DNA of 64,000 nucleotides, from the NCBI GenBank assembly GCA_963835575.1, contig CAWIGG010000004.1, forward strand, positions 1,000,016 through 1,064,015. Reading direction: 5' to 3'. Source of the stretch: an uncultured Spirochaetota bacterium (GTDB taxonomy: Bacteria > Spirochaetota > Brevinematia > Brevinematales > JAOACQ01). The notes beneath the pieces were generated by a model that was not told the origin of the DNA, did no database searches, and was given only the letters and a program-made list of their open reading frames with translations. Of this stretch, positions 43,447 to 53,734 are shown piece after piece (the first letter of the stretch is position 1; the number at the start of each line of letters is the position of its first letter). The translations under genes and the position numbers were made by a program.

Positions 43447-44256
43447 TTATTTGATTTTAAGTAAAATCCCATTTATAAAAACAAATGAGCTGATCATAAA
43501 GATGATATTAACAATTATATACAAGAATTGAGATTTATAAATTTTACCTATTTTCTCTAATAAGGATATAATCTTTTGATTATTTTTAGAAAAATCGCTG
43601 AAATCTAATATTAGCAAAATTGCATCATATAGAGTTCTCATCAAATTATAAAAAATAAGCAATATTAATAAAACAACACCAATAAATTGCCAAAGTAAAT
43701 AAACTAAGGCCGGACTATTCCATAAGGTAAAAATCACTCTCCAATTATGAGTAATCTCTTTTTTCATAGCCAATAAATTTGAGTTATGCTTTAAAGGATT
43801 ATCAAAGAAATACAAACTTATCAGTGCAAATAACCAAATTATCAACATTAATTTCTGCCTTAATTTTATATCAGAAATATTTTTATCTTTGTTTTTAAGA
43901 AAAATCAAATTTGTTGTTATTGAATAAAGAATTCCAAAAACAGCTAAAACTATAATAATTGAAAATATAATTGATTTGTTTATAAGTAAAAAGATGGAAC
44001 CCGCTATGAGAAATAATAAAAATAATGTCATGTAAACAAATATATTATCTTTTGTATAATTATAGGAAATTGTAATTTTTACTTTATATTCATATATTCT
44101 TTGATATATTAATCGAGTTGATAAAACTATATTTTCTTGTTTTTTGTTTTTATCCAAAAGCTTGAAAACAATTATATCAATTGGAATGAATAAAACAGCA
44201 CTGATCAATCCGGCTAAAATAGGGTCAATATTTTTACTTAACCAATCAACTATCAT
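43447..44256 (-). CDS. hypothetical multi-pass membrane protein
   Basis: 269 aa with about 6 hydrophobic segments. Very AT-rich coding sequence. First gene of the operon, downstream of the mirrored promoter/leader. Confidence 0.6.
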   Translation of the reverse strand: MIVDWLSKNIDPILAGLISAVLFIPIDIIVFKLLDKNKKQENIVLSTRLIYQRIYEYKVKITISYNYTKDNIFVYMTLFLLFLIAGSIFLLINKSIIFSIIIVLAVFGILYSITTNLIFLKNKDKNISDIKLRQKLMLIIWLFALISLYFFDNPLKHNSNLLAMKKEITHNWRVIFTLWNSPALVYLLWQFIGVVLLILLIFYNLMRTLYDAILLILDFSDFSKNNQKIISLLEKIGKIYKSQFLYIIVNIIFMISSFVFINGILLKIK

Positions 44257-44326
44257 AATAAAACTCCTTTTGAATATTCGGTTTATTTAAAAATTCATTT
44301 TGAAGACTTGTAACTCCTCTATAAAT

Positions 44327-44352
44327 AAAAAAAGCGACGGTTTAGCCATCGC
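44327..44352 (-). terminator. Mirror copy of the leader terminator/attenuator, upstream of the membrane-membrane-caspase operon
   Basis: Minus strand GCGATGG-ctaaa-CCGTCGC plus T7; identical to 41119..41144. Confidence 0.55.
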
Positions 44353-44412
44353 CCATTTCCCCACTCTCACCTCAATGATAAGAACATAAGCCCCTTGATC
44401 TGAAAGCAATAA

Positions 44413-44441
44413 ATAATATCCCGATGCAATGGTTTTGTCAA
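44413..44441 (-). promoter_or_regulatory. Mirror copy of the TTGACA-17-TATTAT promoter, pointing at the 43447..44256 operon
   Basis: The plus strand shows ATAATA (44413-44418) and TGTCAA (44436-44441). Confidence 0.65.
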
Positions 44442-44518
44442 ATCATCCGGACTATAGAAGCCGCCGGTTTCTCCCGATCCGGCCAACCGGATCAGCGCGA
44501 TCCAGCCGGGGAGATGAC

Positions 44519-44550
44519 AAAAAATCCCCGCCGGAATGCCAGCGGGGCTT
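44519..44550 (-). terminator. Mirror copy of the GC-rich terminator (slightly diverged)
   Basis: The minus strand reads AAGCCCCGCTGG-cat-TCCGGCGGGGAT followed by TTTTT. One stem position becomes a G-T pair relative to 40911..40943. Confidence 0.65.
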
Positions 44551-44847
44551 CTATCTGTCTTTAATAATCTCAATCCTTCACCTGGATATCGAAATAATCC
44601 TTCATAAACCGCCGGATCGCTTCGTGCTTCTTCATCCGTTTTACTTCAGTCTGTCTTATCAACCGGCTCCGTCCAGCCTGCGACCTGAAGCATCCGGTTT
44701 TACCGATTCCCGTCCGGAAACCGGCTTAACCCCCTCCGCTTGCTCTCCTTTCTGCCGCTCTTTTTTACTTTATTTCCCCTTTCATTTATAATTTCTTACT
44801 TGAAAAATTGAAAGTAGCCACTACGGGCTTTCAATCTTTTGTTTTTC

Positions 44848-45612
44848 CTAATCTCCATACTCGTCCCAAATATACACCACATCATTATTGTTTGTAACCT
44901 TTAAAGTTTGGATAACTCTATGACCTGACATGGGATAATCAATTACCTTGATTTCTTCAATCCTATTACTTTTACGCTTCACTTGAATTTTATCAATTAA
45001 ATACCTTTCTTTATCTTTTTGAGGAAAATTAATTGTACTTATTGGAAAATAGTCAATGTATTTACAAAACCCCAGAGCTTTTAAGACAACAAAAACTTCC
45101 TCTATTTTTCTTTTTTTGAACAAATATGTGCTATAATACAATCCCGCTTCGTATTCTCCTTCTTTAATTCCCGCATCCACATAATCTTGGACAATATCAT
45201 ATCCAAAAAGCACGGTTACATAACTGGCATTCGTATAATGATTGGTTTCATTGTAAATAATAAAGTTGGAGCTAATAACTTTTTCAACTTTTATCTGCTT
45301 TATAAAATAGTCCTTAATGCTACTATTTATGATTGGTGCAGGCAAGTCAGACAAATAACCACTAAAAATATAACCTTTTAATTTGTTGTACTCAACAAAT
45401 ACCCAATTACCATTAATATTATCAAATGTAAATTTTCTGTCTTTTTTGATTACATCCACAGAAGAACCATAGGGAACTTGAGTTAATATCTTTCCATTTT
45501 TATCTGCTTTATCTCTCAAAAACAAACCTGTCTTTGCTACCACATTTAACTTGACTTGGCTGTACAATTCGGCAAAAATAAAAATCAGGCAAAAAATTAG
45601 AAAGTGTTTCAT
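44848..45612 (-). CDS. second, identical copy of the secreted SH3-like immunity protein
   Basis: Translation identical to 39849..40613. Confidence 0.7.
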   Translation of the reverse strand: MKHFLIFCLIFIFAELYSQVKLNVVAKTGLFLRDKADKNGKILTQVPYGSSVDVIKKDRKFTFDNINGNWVFVEYNKLKGYIFSGYLSDLPAPIINSSIKDYFIKQIKVEKVISSNFIIYNETNHYTNASYVTVLFGYDIVQDYVDAGIKEGEYEAGLYYSTYLFKKRKIEEVFVVLKALGFCKYIDYFPISTINFPQKDKERYLIDKIQVKRKSNRIEEIKVIDYPMSGHRVIQTLKVTNNNDVVYIWDEYGD

Positions 45613-45628
45613 TAAAGGTATCCTCCCA

Positions 45629-48174
45629 TTATCTACCAATTTGGAAATGTAAATGTGGCGCATAATTTGGCGTACCACCCGATAAAGAAATTTTATTCCC
45701 AGCATCAACATTTGCATTTACACTATAGTATAGCTGATTGTTGTGCATATAAGTGTATTTTAAATTATCTGTCCCGCTAATTGTAATCATAATTCCGGCT
45801 CCTCCATAATTCCCAGCAGTAGTTACTATACCACCTTCAGCCGCATAAACAGGTGTGTTATTTCCGAATACCATATCAAAAGCAGTCCCATGACCATGAG
45901 GATCATTAGTATTTCGCCACATGCTGGTAACAACGAAGCCTTCATTATGGTTTGTGAAGTTGGCAAACCCAATAATTGCATCATCAGTCATATTTGAAAC
46001 AACCGTGTAGATATGTTCCTTACTTTGATCTAAAGTATAGGTTGCGGTTGTGCTGAAATCTAAATCAATATTTGTTCTGCCGATATTTATTGTCTGCCCG
46101 TCTATTGTTGTTACCCAATATCCTGTATCCTGGTTAAAAGTAAGATTTTCAAGCATTTCCCGTTTATAGAATTGCCCCAGCGTCCCGTTCTGAATAGCCT
46201 GCTGTTTTTCCTGATTATACGCCGCTTTCGCCGCCGCCACTTTCTCGTTCCCGGCAGTCATCGCATCGCCCGCAGTCTGGTTGTCATTGGCATCGTTCAC
46301 ACTCTGGCCGATTACCATCATTCCCGGCGTTTCCGGTCTTTCCATCCCGGCTTCCATACTCATTACAGTTGTTTTCATTCTCTCGGCCATATCCCGCTGC
46401 AAGCCCTGCCGCTCCATTTCAATTTCGTTAGCCGTCTTATTCCCGGCTTTCTTCCCCGTTTCAGCATTCTTCTGAATATTAATACACCTCGTCGCGGAAT
46501 AATTCGCGTAAGGCGTTACCCTCCCATCCGGGCTGACGTTAATCCCTATGCTTTCATTATGAAGCATCGAATCATTAGAGCCTTCAATCCCCTGCCTGTA
46601 CCCGATGTTTACGCCGAAGTTCGCTCCGGCATAATTGCCTTTAGCGTCGAAGTTCATTCCGAGGCTAAGGCCCGCATTGTAGCCTTTGCCGACATCACTG
46701 CCGATGCTTCCGTTAAATCCGTACCCCGCATACTGGCCGTTCTGGAAATTCAGTCCCGCGCCAACGCTTACCGCTCCGAATCCGGCGCTGAAGCCTATGT
46801 TGCTGCTGTTTGTACCGTTAGAATAGTAATCAACACCCGCCGAAAATCCCATGTGGAACCCGCTGTAAGGGTCGGCGCTTCCAAGCCCGGCGTTCACGTT
46901 GAAACCGAAATTAGAATTGTCCCATTTCCCATGAACTCCCGCGCCAACTGTAACGGCATTGCCAATAGAATAGCCGACTCCGGCGCTGTATCCTCTTGTC
47001 GAGAGACTTATATACAGTGGTATTCCATGCCCCGTCATTTCCATTGATGCCGCGCCTGAAAAAGCCCCAAGATTCAGATTCATGAAGTAGTCCCGCCGAA
47101 ATTCATTGTCCCGTTTAACAGATCGCCTATATTTGTTATCGCCGCATTTATAGTCCCGATTACTCCGCCGACTATCGCAAGGAAAAGTTCATATATAAAT
47201 TTTCCTTCGGGGTCGGTGTAACGGAAAGGATTGTTGTTGCCATAGACATATCTGTTTAATCCGGGGGGTGAATACCGCAAATCGGGGTTACTGACAGGAT
47301 CGCTTGAGATAAACCGGCCCGCGCTCGCGTCATAATAGCGCGCGCGGTTATAATAAAGCTTTGAATCCTTATCGAAATAAGAACAGGTATAGGAAATTCC
47401 CTGTTTAGCATTGCCGTCAATAGTTATCGCCGAGGTTTTCCCCAAAGGCGGTGTAATCGAAAGTCTATGAAAGAGAATGAAACCGTAGTGGTATATGATA
47501 GTAATGGGGTTGTCATATATCTCGCCCCTCACGCTCCCGAGGGCGTCCTTGACATAAACGGCCGTCCTCAACGTCTGTATTTCTGCTTCGTAACCGTTTA
47601 TCATAATATTATTGAGATAAAAAGACGGGCCTTCATATAATATATTATCGCCGTCGTAAGTGAAGCGGGTTGTATTGTCCCCCATACTTCCGGCGGTCTC
47701 CGGCGTTTCTTTTTTCAATATTCTTAAATTATTAATATCGTAAGTGTATTCTGAAAAAGCGACTATTTCCCCGTTCCGCTCAATGGTGTATTTCGTCATC
47801 AAATCGCGCTGGTTATACTGATAGCGTTCTACTTTATCCCCTTCGGTCTTCTTGACCAGCCTTCCGGCTCTGTCATAGATATAAGAAATGTTACCCGAAG
47901 GCTTTTGCTCACACAATAAGCGATTGTCGTTATCATAGACGTAGTTTATGGTAACAGTATTGCTCCCATCTAAATTCGACGTCTTTTTCAGCCGGTTACC
48001 TGAATTGTCATAAGCGAATTCCTCAAACTTTCCTCGGTCATAATCGGCCTTGACAAGCCTGTACGCCTTATCATAAAGAAACGCCGACACCCGTTCCCCA
48101 CCGGAGGCCGAACCATCCCCATTCGTGCCTATTCGCGTGGATTCGCGGGCCGTTTCCTTCGTCCTGTTCCCCAC
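45629..48174 (-). pseudogene. orphan rhs tip cassette 1 (inverted), disrupted: core fragment plus a copy of the M23 tip
   Basis: Split into ORFs 47080..48174 and 45629..47083 (4-nt overlap, frame change) at a point where the main gene is continuous. The conserved F-x-Y-T-A-F-G-E motif is out of frame: frame c reads TFDYTAFGENLGDNY flanked by stops at about 47.42-47.47 kb. There is no promoter or start of its own. The last 0.87 kb (from TRCINIQKNAETGKK) is identical to the main gene. Confidence 0.75.
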
Positions 48175-48348
48175 TTTGTCATATTGATATTCTTTTTCTC
48201 TCCCCCATGCGCGTTAAGAAAACAATTCAGGGCTGCCGGAAAAATTATTAATTATTGGCCGGTGGTACTCCCGCTTTTTAAGACCCGCGCACTCAAGCCC
48301 GCGTCCCTGGGAAAAGCCGGCAAACCATAGCCTGAGAGCTATAACCGC

Positions 48349-48386
48349 AAAAAACGGGAGGAATGAGATTAAGCCTCATTCCCCCC
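48349..48386 (-). terminator. Terminator after the 325-aa recombinase gene (left copy)
   Basis: Mirror of 61582..61619: GGAATGAG-gcttaat-CTCATTCC with GC extension, then TTTTTT. Confidence 0.65.
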
Positions 48387-48432
48387 GCCGGAAATAGTTT
48401 ATCAAACTGATTTGAAAAAGGCAAGAAAAGAT

Positions 48433-49410
48433 TTAATTGTTTTCGGGACGCGCCTCATCACCGTCATTGACGAGCATACCGGTACAGCGGGGATGCGTTT
48501 TTTCATAAACCTTCCGCAGATCAACGGGCATGACGCGGGAATAAATCTGAGTGGTGCTGAGGAAGGCATGTCCTAAAAGTTCCTGAACATAGCGGATGCT
48601 TGCCCCGTTGGCGATTAAATGGGTGGCGCAGGTATGGCGCAGGGTATGAGTGGAAACCCTCTTTTTAATCCCCGATTTCAGGACGTAGTTATGCAATGCG
48701 GCGCGGAAAGTTCCGGGGACAAGGCTGTCTCGTCCGACGGTGAAAAACACATTTTCGTTAGCCGCATTATTGCAATAGAGAGGCCGGACTTTATCAAGAT
48801 ACAGCTTGAGGAACCTTTTGGCCTGTTTTGTGATGGGTACAACCCGGTCTTTAGAACCTTTGCCCTTGATGAAAAGGTAGGGGCCTTCAAGGTCGAGGTC
48901 GTTGAGTTTAAGGGAACAAAGTTCCGCGCTTCGGATTCCGCTTCCGTAGAATATTTCAAGGATGGCCCTGTTGCGAAGCCCGACCGGATGTTTTATATTC
49001 GGCTGTCGGAGCAGGAGCTTCATTTCCTCGACGGAAAGGATGTCTTTAGGAAACGGGCGTTCAACGCGTTCCAGCGGAATATTGCGGGCGGGGTTTATGA
49101 AGATCATATCATTATTTTCAAGGAAGGAAAGCCAGAGGCGGAGGAAACTTGTCTCAGTCCTGCGGTAGCTGTCGCTGAAGGGCTTTCCGTTTTTCTTGCG
49201 GTGGTTTTTGAGGGAAAGGATGAATTTCTCAATATGTTCTGTTTTAATGTCCGTAACGTCCCGGACGGAAGGGGTGCACCCCAAAGATTCGAGGAACGGG
49301 AAAAGGTGATTGAAGAAAGTGTCAAACCTCAAGATTGTGGCCCCGCTCAAGTTCCTTTTTCTGAGGTGTTCGATGAACTTTTCCCTTGCGATGTAAATGG
49401 ATTTATTCAT
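48433..49410 (-). CDS. tyrosine recombinase (XerC/XerD-like), 325 aa
   Basis: C-terminal catalytic motifs HTLRHTCATHL (HxxR) and LLGHAFLSTTQIYSRV (catalytic Tyr), plus the earlier GSGIRSAELCSLKLNDLD (Arg box). Confidence 0.88.
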   Translation of the reverse strand: MNKSIYIAREKFIEHLRKRNLSGATILRFDTFFNHLFPFLESLGCTPSVRDVTDIKTEHIEKFILSLKNHRKKNGKPFSDSYRRTETSFLRLWLSFLENNDMIFINPARNIPLERVERPFPKDILSVEEMKLLLRQPNIKHPVGLRNRAILEIFYGSGIRSAELCSLKLNDLDLEGPYLFIKGKGSKDRVVPITKQAKRFLKLYLDKVRPLYCNNAANENVFFTVGRDSLVPGTFRAALHNYVLKSGIKKRVSTHTLRHTCATHLIANGASIRYVQELLGHAFLSTTQIYSRVMPVDLRKVYEKTHPRCTGMLVNDGDEARPENN

Positions 49411-50719
49411 GATTTTCCTCCTGCGTGTTCTCTTGAGATATTATCTCTCTTGGATGGAATGCCCGGAGCATGCGTTTAAGGTCTCCTTTTACCACTCTTG
49501 TGTAGGTTTCCGTCGTGTCGAGGCTTGTGTGCCCCAGCATTTCCTGAATATAGCGGATGTCCGCGCCGTTTTTAAGCATGTGGGTTGCGCATGCATAGCG
49601 GAAGGAATGAGGGATGAGGTGTTTTTTGATCCCGGCCTTAAGGGCGTATTTTTTTATCAGGCTTCCGATGAGGTTAACTGTCATCCGCTTTTTGAAAACG
49701 GAGAGAAAGAGGGCTTTGAGGTGCACCTCTTCATCCGGGTTATGAGGCGTGCCTTCCGGGCGTTCTTTCAGGTAATCCCGGATGCGGGAAAGGGCGATGT
49801 CATTGATCGGGACAGCGCGGTCTTTTTTATTCTTGCCTTTGTAAACGGTGATAAGTTTTTCGGTAAAATCGACGTTCCCGATATCGAGGTTAACCAGTTC
49901 TTTGACCCGGATTGCCGAGCCGTAGAGCGTTTCAATGATGGCGATGTCGCGGGAGCCGTAAGGCACGCCCCTGTGGCTTTTCATTTCGATAGAGCTTATA
50001 AGGCGGTCGATTTCGGCGAGGGTGGGGATATCGCGGGATATCCGCTTCGGGACTTTTGGGATTTCCACGGATTTTGAAGGGTCTGTAAGGATGATATTTT
50101 CGGAGCAGAGGAACTTGAAGAAGTTGCGGACATTCACAAGGATATTCGCGCGGGTGGTAACGTTGTAAGGCTTTTGTATTTTGCTCTTTCCCCGGCTTCC
50201 TTTGTAAACGAGGAGATAAAGGGCATAGCCGGAAACAACTTTTTTATCTACCCGCGCGATGTCCGTTATATTATTATTTTCAAGGTATTCCAGAAAGCGC
50301 CGGATGAGCGAGCGGGTAATATCAAGGGTGCGTTCGGAAACTTCCTTTGACGAGGAGATACGGCGGATATATCTTTCGAGAAGTTCCGTAAAGGGAATTG
50401 CGTTCGGGGAAACGGAATCTCTTGAAGCTCCCGGAATAAAGTTCTTCCATTCGAGGAACCGGACGAACTCGCGGGTCTTAAAGTACCCGGTTTTATTGGG
50501 TTTATGGGAACTCCACTCCCCGGTCCCGTGTTTAATCATGGCGAGATATTTATCCGACTGTTCCCTTGTGAAGCCGGAAAGCGGCATATTGTTCTTCTCA
50601 AGATATTCCAGAAGCTTCCGTGCGTAAAGGGCCTTATGCTTCAAGACATTTTCCTTTAACGGCTTAAAAGCCTTCGCGTGTGTAATGTACTCTTTCAGTA
50701 CGGCGTCTTTATCAATCAT
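49403..50719 (-). CDS. tyrosine recombinase, 438 aa, long N-terminal region
   Basis: GSAIRVKELVNLDIGNVD, HSFRYACATHML and MLGHTSLDTTETYTRV motifs. It overlaps the downstream recombinase gene by 8 nt. Confidence 0.88.
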   Translation of the reverse strand: MIDKDAVLKEYITHAKAFKPLKENVLKHKALYARKLLEYLEKNNMPLSGFTREQSDKYLAMIKHGTGEWSSHKPNKTGYFKTREFVRFLEWKNFIPGASRDSVSPNAIPFTELLERYIRRISSSKEVSERTLDITRSLIRRFLEYLENNNITDIARVDKKVVSGYALYLLVYKGSRGKSKIQKPYNVTTRANILVNVRNFFKFLCSENIILTDPSKSVEIPKVPKRISRDIPTLAEIDRLISSIEMKSHRGVPYGSRDIAIIETLYGSAIRVKELVNLDIGNVDFTEKLITVYKGKNKKDRAVPINDIALSRIRDYLKERPEGTPHNPDEEVHLKALFLSVFKKRMTVNLIGSLIKKYALKAGIKKHLIPHSFRYACATHMLKNGADIRYIQEMLGHTSLDTTETYTRVVKGDLKRMLRAFHPREIISQENTQEENHE

Positions 50720-50840
50720 ACGGTAATACCTCCTTTCAAAATATTTTGGCTCTGCCTCTCCCCCCGCTCCTACCGCTCACACTCGATTCAAGCCTTATTT
50801 TACAAAGGTTTGAAGCTCAAAAGTGTGAGCGCTCGCAGTT

Positions 50841-53723
50841 TCACACACTCACACGGTCGGCAGAGCGAAGCCGGAGTGACATTTCTTCCGGCGTGGGGAT
50901 TCTATCAAGCATTAAACGCTCCATTTCTTCTTCCAGAATGATCCTGTAAGCGTGGGTCTGGCCTCTGAAAGAACCCGATATGATTTCCAGAAACTCATAG
51001 TCGGCGAGAATCCCGGTATATTTCCTCACTTGAAAATGGCTCCAGCCGGAGTATTCCCATACCATCTTCCTGGTAAAGAGAATGTCCTTGACAGGCTTGT
51101 TATTCTCCCCGGATATCTCCGATACCATCTCCCTGATTATTCCATAAAGGTCTCTGGCGTTTTTCGGAATATCGGAAAGGGTGTTCGAGAGGATCCCGCT
51201 TTTGACGAGAAGGTCATAGGTTATTTTATAGTCGTCGAGGCTGGCTTCGATGTACTCAAAGGTTTCTTTTGCCGCCGCGTCCTCAATCGTTTTCCTTTCC
51301 CGCCGGTATTGATTGAAAAAAGTAACGGCGTTAAGCACCTGAATGAATTTCATCTGATCGCGCCGGGCTTCCAGCCTTCTTTCAGGGAATCCCATCAGTT
51401 CGGCGTAAGGATTGATGACTAAAACCGGCTTTAAAAGCTTCTGCGCGGCCTTATGCTTTTCAATGATAGCGGGGATTTTCCGCTTTATGAGGAAGCCGGC
51501 CGGGGTTTGAAGGAATCTCTGATACTCAAGGATTCTTGCCGTCTGTTCCTGCGTTTCATCGACAAAGAGGACAAGGCACCGGTTAAGGTTTTCAGGATTG
51601 AGGTTTTCAATCCTGCTGGCCGTCTCGATGTAGGCGATCGGCCCCTTTGTTTTTATTTTGACGCTTTTCATCTGTCCCGTTTTCTCATCTTTCATCGTAA
51701 CAAAGCGGGTGATCTCCTTACTTGAGATAAGTTCCCTTAACGGGTACTCTATATTTTCATTGCCCTTGCTTTCTCCGAGGCAGACGAACTTATGGCTTAA
51801 ATCGGAAGCGTAGTAGAGTGCTGTGTCCGACGCGCTGGATATGGCGACGACTTCCTCATCAGGCAGGAGCTTCCTGACTGTCTCCACAAGCTTGGTTTTA
51901 CCGGCGGAAGAACGGGAAATGATAATGCTGGCCAGAGGTTCTTCCATCTTCCGGGAAGCGGCGATGAGATAGACAAGGATTTTATTCATTTCCTCCCCGA
52001 TGTAGCCCAATGTCGATAAATCGTTTCTCACTTCCTCAAGGAGGGAAGGACTTTTGAGAAGTTCCAGCCCTATGGCTTTTTCCTCGTCCGAGAGGGAAAC
52101 TTCCACCGCCCCGGCCTTTGAAAGTATCTGGTTATCCCGGAGCCTTTCCAGCCTGTCGAGGATCGTTTCAAGGTGTGAAAGGATTGTTTCAAAGGAAACC
52201 TCGAAGCGCGCCCCGATAGTGTTCGCGAAGGCGGCGCGCATCCGGGCGGAGTAAAGGTTCACGCTGTCATAGAAGAAGTTTTCCTCTTTAAGGTGATGGA
52301 CGCGGACTCCGGCCTTGAGGCTATTTTCAAAATCTTCCTTTATTCCCCTGAGCCGATAAGTAAAGCCGTCGATAGTGAATTCATAATCTCCATTCGGAAG
52401 CTGTTTCATTTCGTTTGATTGTACTTCTTGAGGCGGACTCTCTTCTATTATATTAGAAGCTGGCGCGATGTTTTGAGGCGGAGCTGTGAACCGCGTTTCT
52501 TGAGGTATTACCGGAGGTATCACTTCTTCAACAAGCCGTTTCATTTCTTCGGGGGTGGCCTTACCTGCCGGAATAGATAAAATTTTCTGAGCTATATCAT
52601 CAATGCCCTGCGCTTCCTCGATTAATCTTTTGAGTGAGAGTCCGCCTTCCTCGATGGATGAAATCTTCATCAAGAGTTCATTAATGTCTTTGACTTTGAG
52701 GCCGCGCGTCTCCTCTGGAATAGTCAGGGTAAAGACATGGGAAAAGCCTTCTTTCTTAATCCGTTCGGAAAGCTTTTTTGAAGCGAACTTTCCCGCCCCG
52801 TCATTATCATAGGCTATGATTATTTTGCGGGTATTGTTTTCCTCCATAAGTTTGAGGTGGTTTTCGGTAAAGCCCTGAATTCCGAAAGAAGCCGTTACGT
52901 TCAGGAAGCCGAGCCGGACACAGGACAGCGCGTCAATGACGCTTTCGGTTATTATGATTTCCTCATACACCTTGAAAGCTTTTGAGTTGAACACCCCTTC
53001 GTGTTTTCCCTTAAGGTAGCGGTGCTTGATCTTGGCTTCTTCATTGATAGAGCGTCCATAGATTTCAACAACGCGGTTTTCCCCGTCCATAATCGGAAAG
53101 ATGATACAGCCTTTGAATAACTCAAAGACGCTTTCCTTTCCGGATTTGTTTCTAAGTCTGCCGATGATACCGAGGCTTTCAAGGATTTCCAGCTCTTCGC
53201 CGGTCTTTGAAAGCGTTTCCGGTATGTTGCCTTTAGAAAATCCGAGTTTAAAGGTATTTATTATTTCCGGCGTTCCGATTCCTCTTTGTTCAAGGTATTT
53301 TAGAGCCTCTGGACTTTCTAAAAGGTTTTTATGATAGATTTCAGCAAGTCTTTCAAGAATCGGGATTCTTTTATTCTTATCAAGGCTTACAGGCTCCGGC
53401 GCGGTTTCTTTCTTAAGAGATACTTTCACTTTTTTAACCGGCTCTTGAATGTTCAAATTACCGGCAAGATAATTTACCGCCTCATTGAATTTGAGGCCGC
53501 GCCTTTTCATCACATAGCTGAATATATCCCCGCCCTGTTCACAGCCGAAGCAATGGTAAAGCTGTTTTTCTGTATCGACGGAAAGCGAAGGCGTTTTATC
53601 ATCGTGAAAGGGACAGAGCGTCATAAATTTTCCCTGCCCCGCCGGGATGAGGTCATGCCCCTCCCGCCGGAGGTATTCCTCCAGCGGGAGAGAGTTCTTG
53701 ATTTTCTCTTTAATGTTTTCCAT
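50841..53723 (-). CDS. primase-helicase-like protein (zf-CHC2 + Toprim + P-loop NTPase)
   Basis: DnaG-type zinc finger CPFHDDKTPSLSVDTEKQLYHCFGCEQGGDIFSYV. Toprim ITESVIDALS...IIIAYDNDGAGK. Walker A-like SRSSAGKTKL and Walker B-like CLVLFVDE in the C-terminal half. Confidence 0.85.
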   Translation of the reverse strand: MENIKEKIKNSLPLEEYLRREGHDLIPAGQGKFMTLCPFHDDKTPSLSVDTEKQLYHCFGCEQGGDIFSYVMKRRGLKFNEAVNYLAGNLNIQEPVKKVKVSLKKETAPEPVSLDKNKRIPILERLAEIYHKNLLESPEALKYLEQRGIGTPEIINTFKLGFSKGNIPETLSKTGEELEILESLGIIGRLRNKSGKESVFELFKGCIIFPIMDGENRVVEIYGRSINEEAKIKHRYLKGKHEGVFNSKAFKVYEEIIITESVIDALSCVRLGFLNVTASFGIQGFTENHLKLMEENNTRKIIIAYDNDGAGKFASKKLSERIKKEGFSHVFTLTIPEETRGLKVKDINELLMKISSIEEGGLSLKRLIEEAQGIDDIAQKILSIPAGKATPEEMKRLVEEVIPPVIPQETRFTAPPQNIAPASNIIEESPPQEVQSNEMKQLPNGDYEFTIDGFTYRLRGIKEDFENSLKAGVRVHHLKEENFFYDSVNLYSARMRAAFANTIGARFEVSFETILSHLETILDRLERLRDNQILSKAGAVEVSLSDEEKAIGLELLKSPSLLEEVRNDLSTLGYIGEEMNKILVYLIAASRKMEEPLASIIISRSSAGKTKLVETVRKLLPDEEVVAISSASDTALYYASDLSHKFVCLGESKGNENIEYPLRELISSKEITRFVTMKDEKTGQMKSVKIKTKGPIAYIETASRIENLNPENLNRCLVLFVDETQEQTARILEYQRFLQTPAGFLIKRKIPAIIEKHKAAQKLLKPVLVINPYAELMGFPERRLEARRDQMKFIQVLNAVTFFNQYRRERKTIEDAAAKETFEYIEASLDDYKITYDLLVKSGILSNTLSDIPKNARDLYGIIREMVSEISGENNKPVKDILFTRKMVWEYSGWSHFQVRKYTGILADYEFLEIISGSFRGQTHAYRIILEEEMERLMLDRIPTPEEMSLRLRSADRVSV

Positions 53724-53734
53724 GCTGTCCTCCC

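Larger units (their letters stand above)
44315..46497 (-). repeat. Right arm of the 2.19-kb inverted repeat
   Basis: Reverse complement of 38964..41156 (see the left arm). The mirrored ORFs have identical translations: 44848..45717 with 39744..40613, and 46281..46475 with 38986..39180. Confidence 0.9.

Noticed and set aside
48619-49479. 286-aa ORF antisense to the 325-aa recombinase (and its mirror 60489..61349); also 53331..53969 / 55999..56637 antisense to the primase gene
   Set aside because: These are shadow ORFs inside well-supported genes, mirrored only because the DNA is duplicated.
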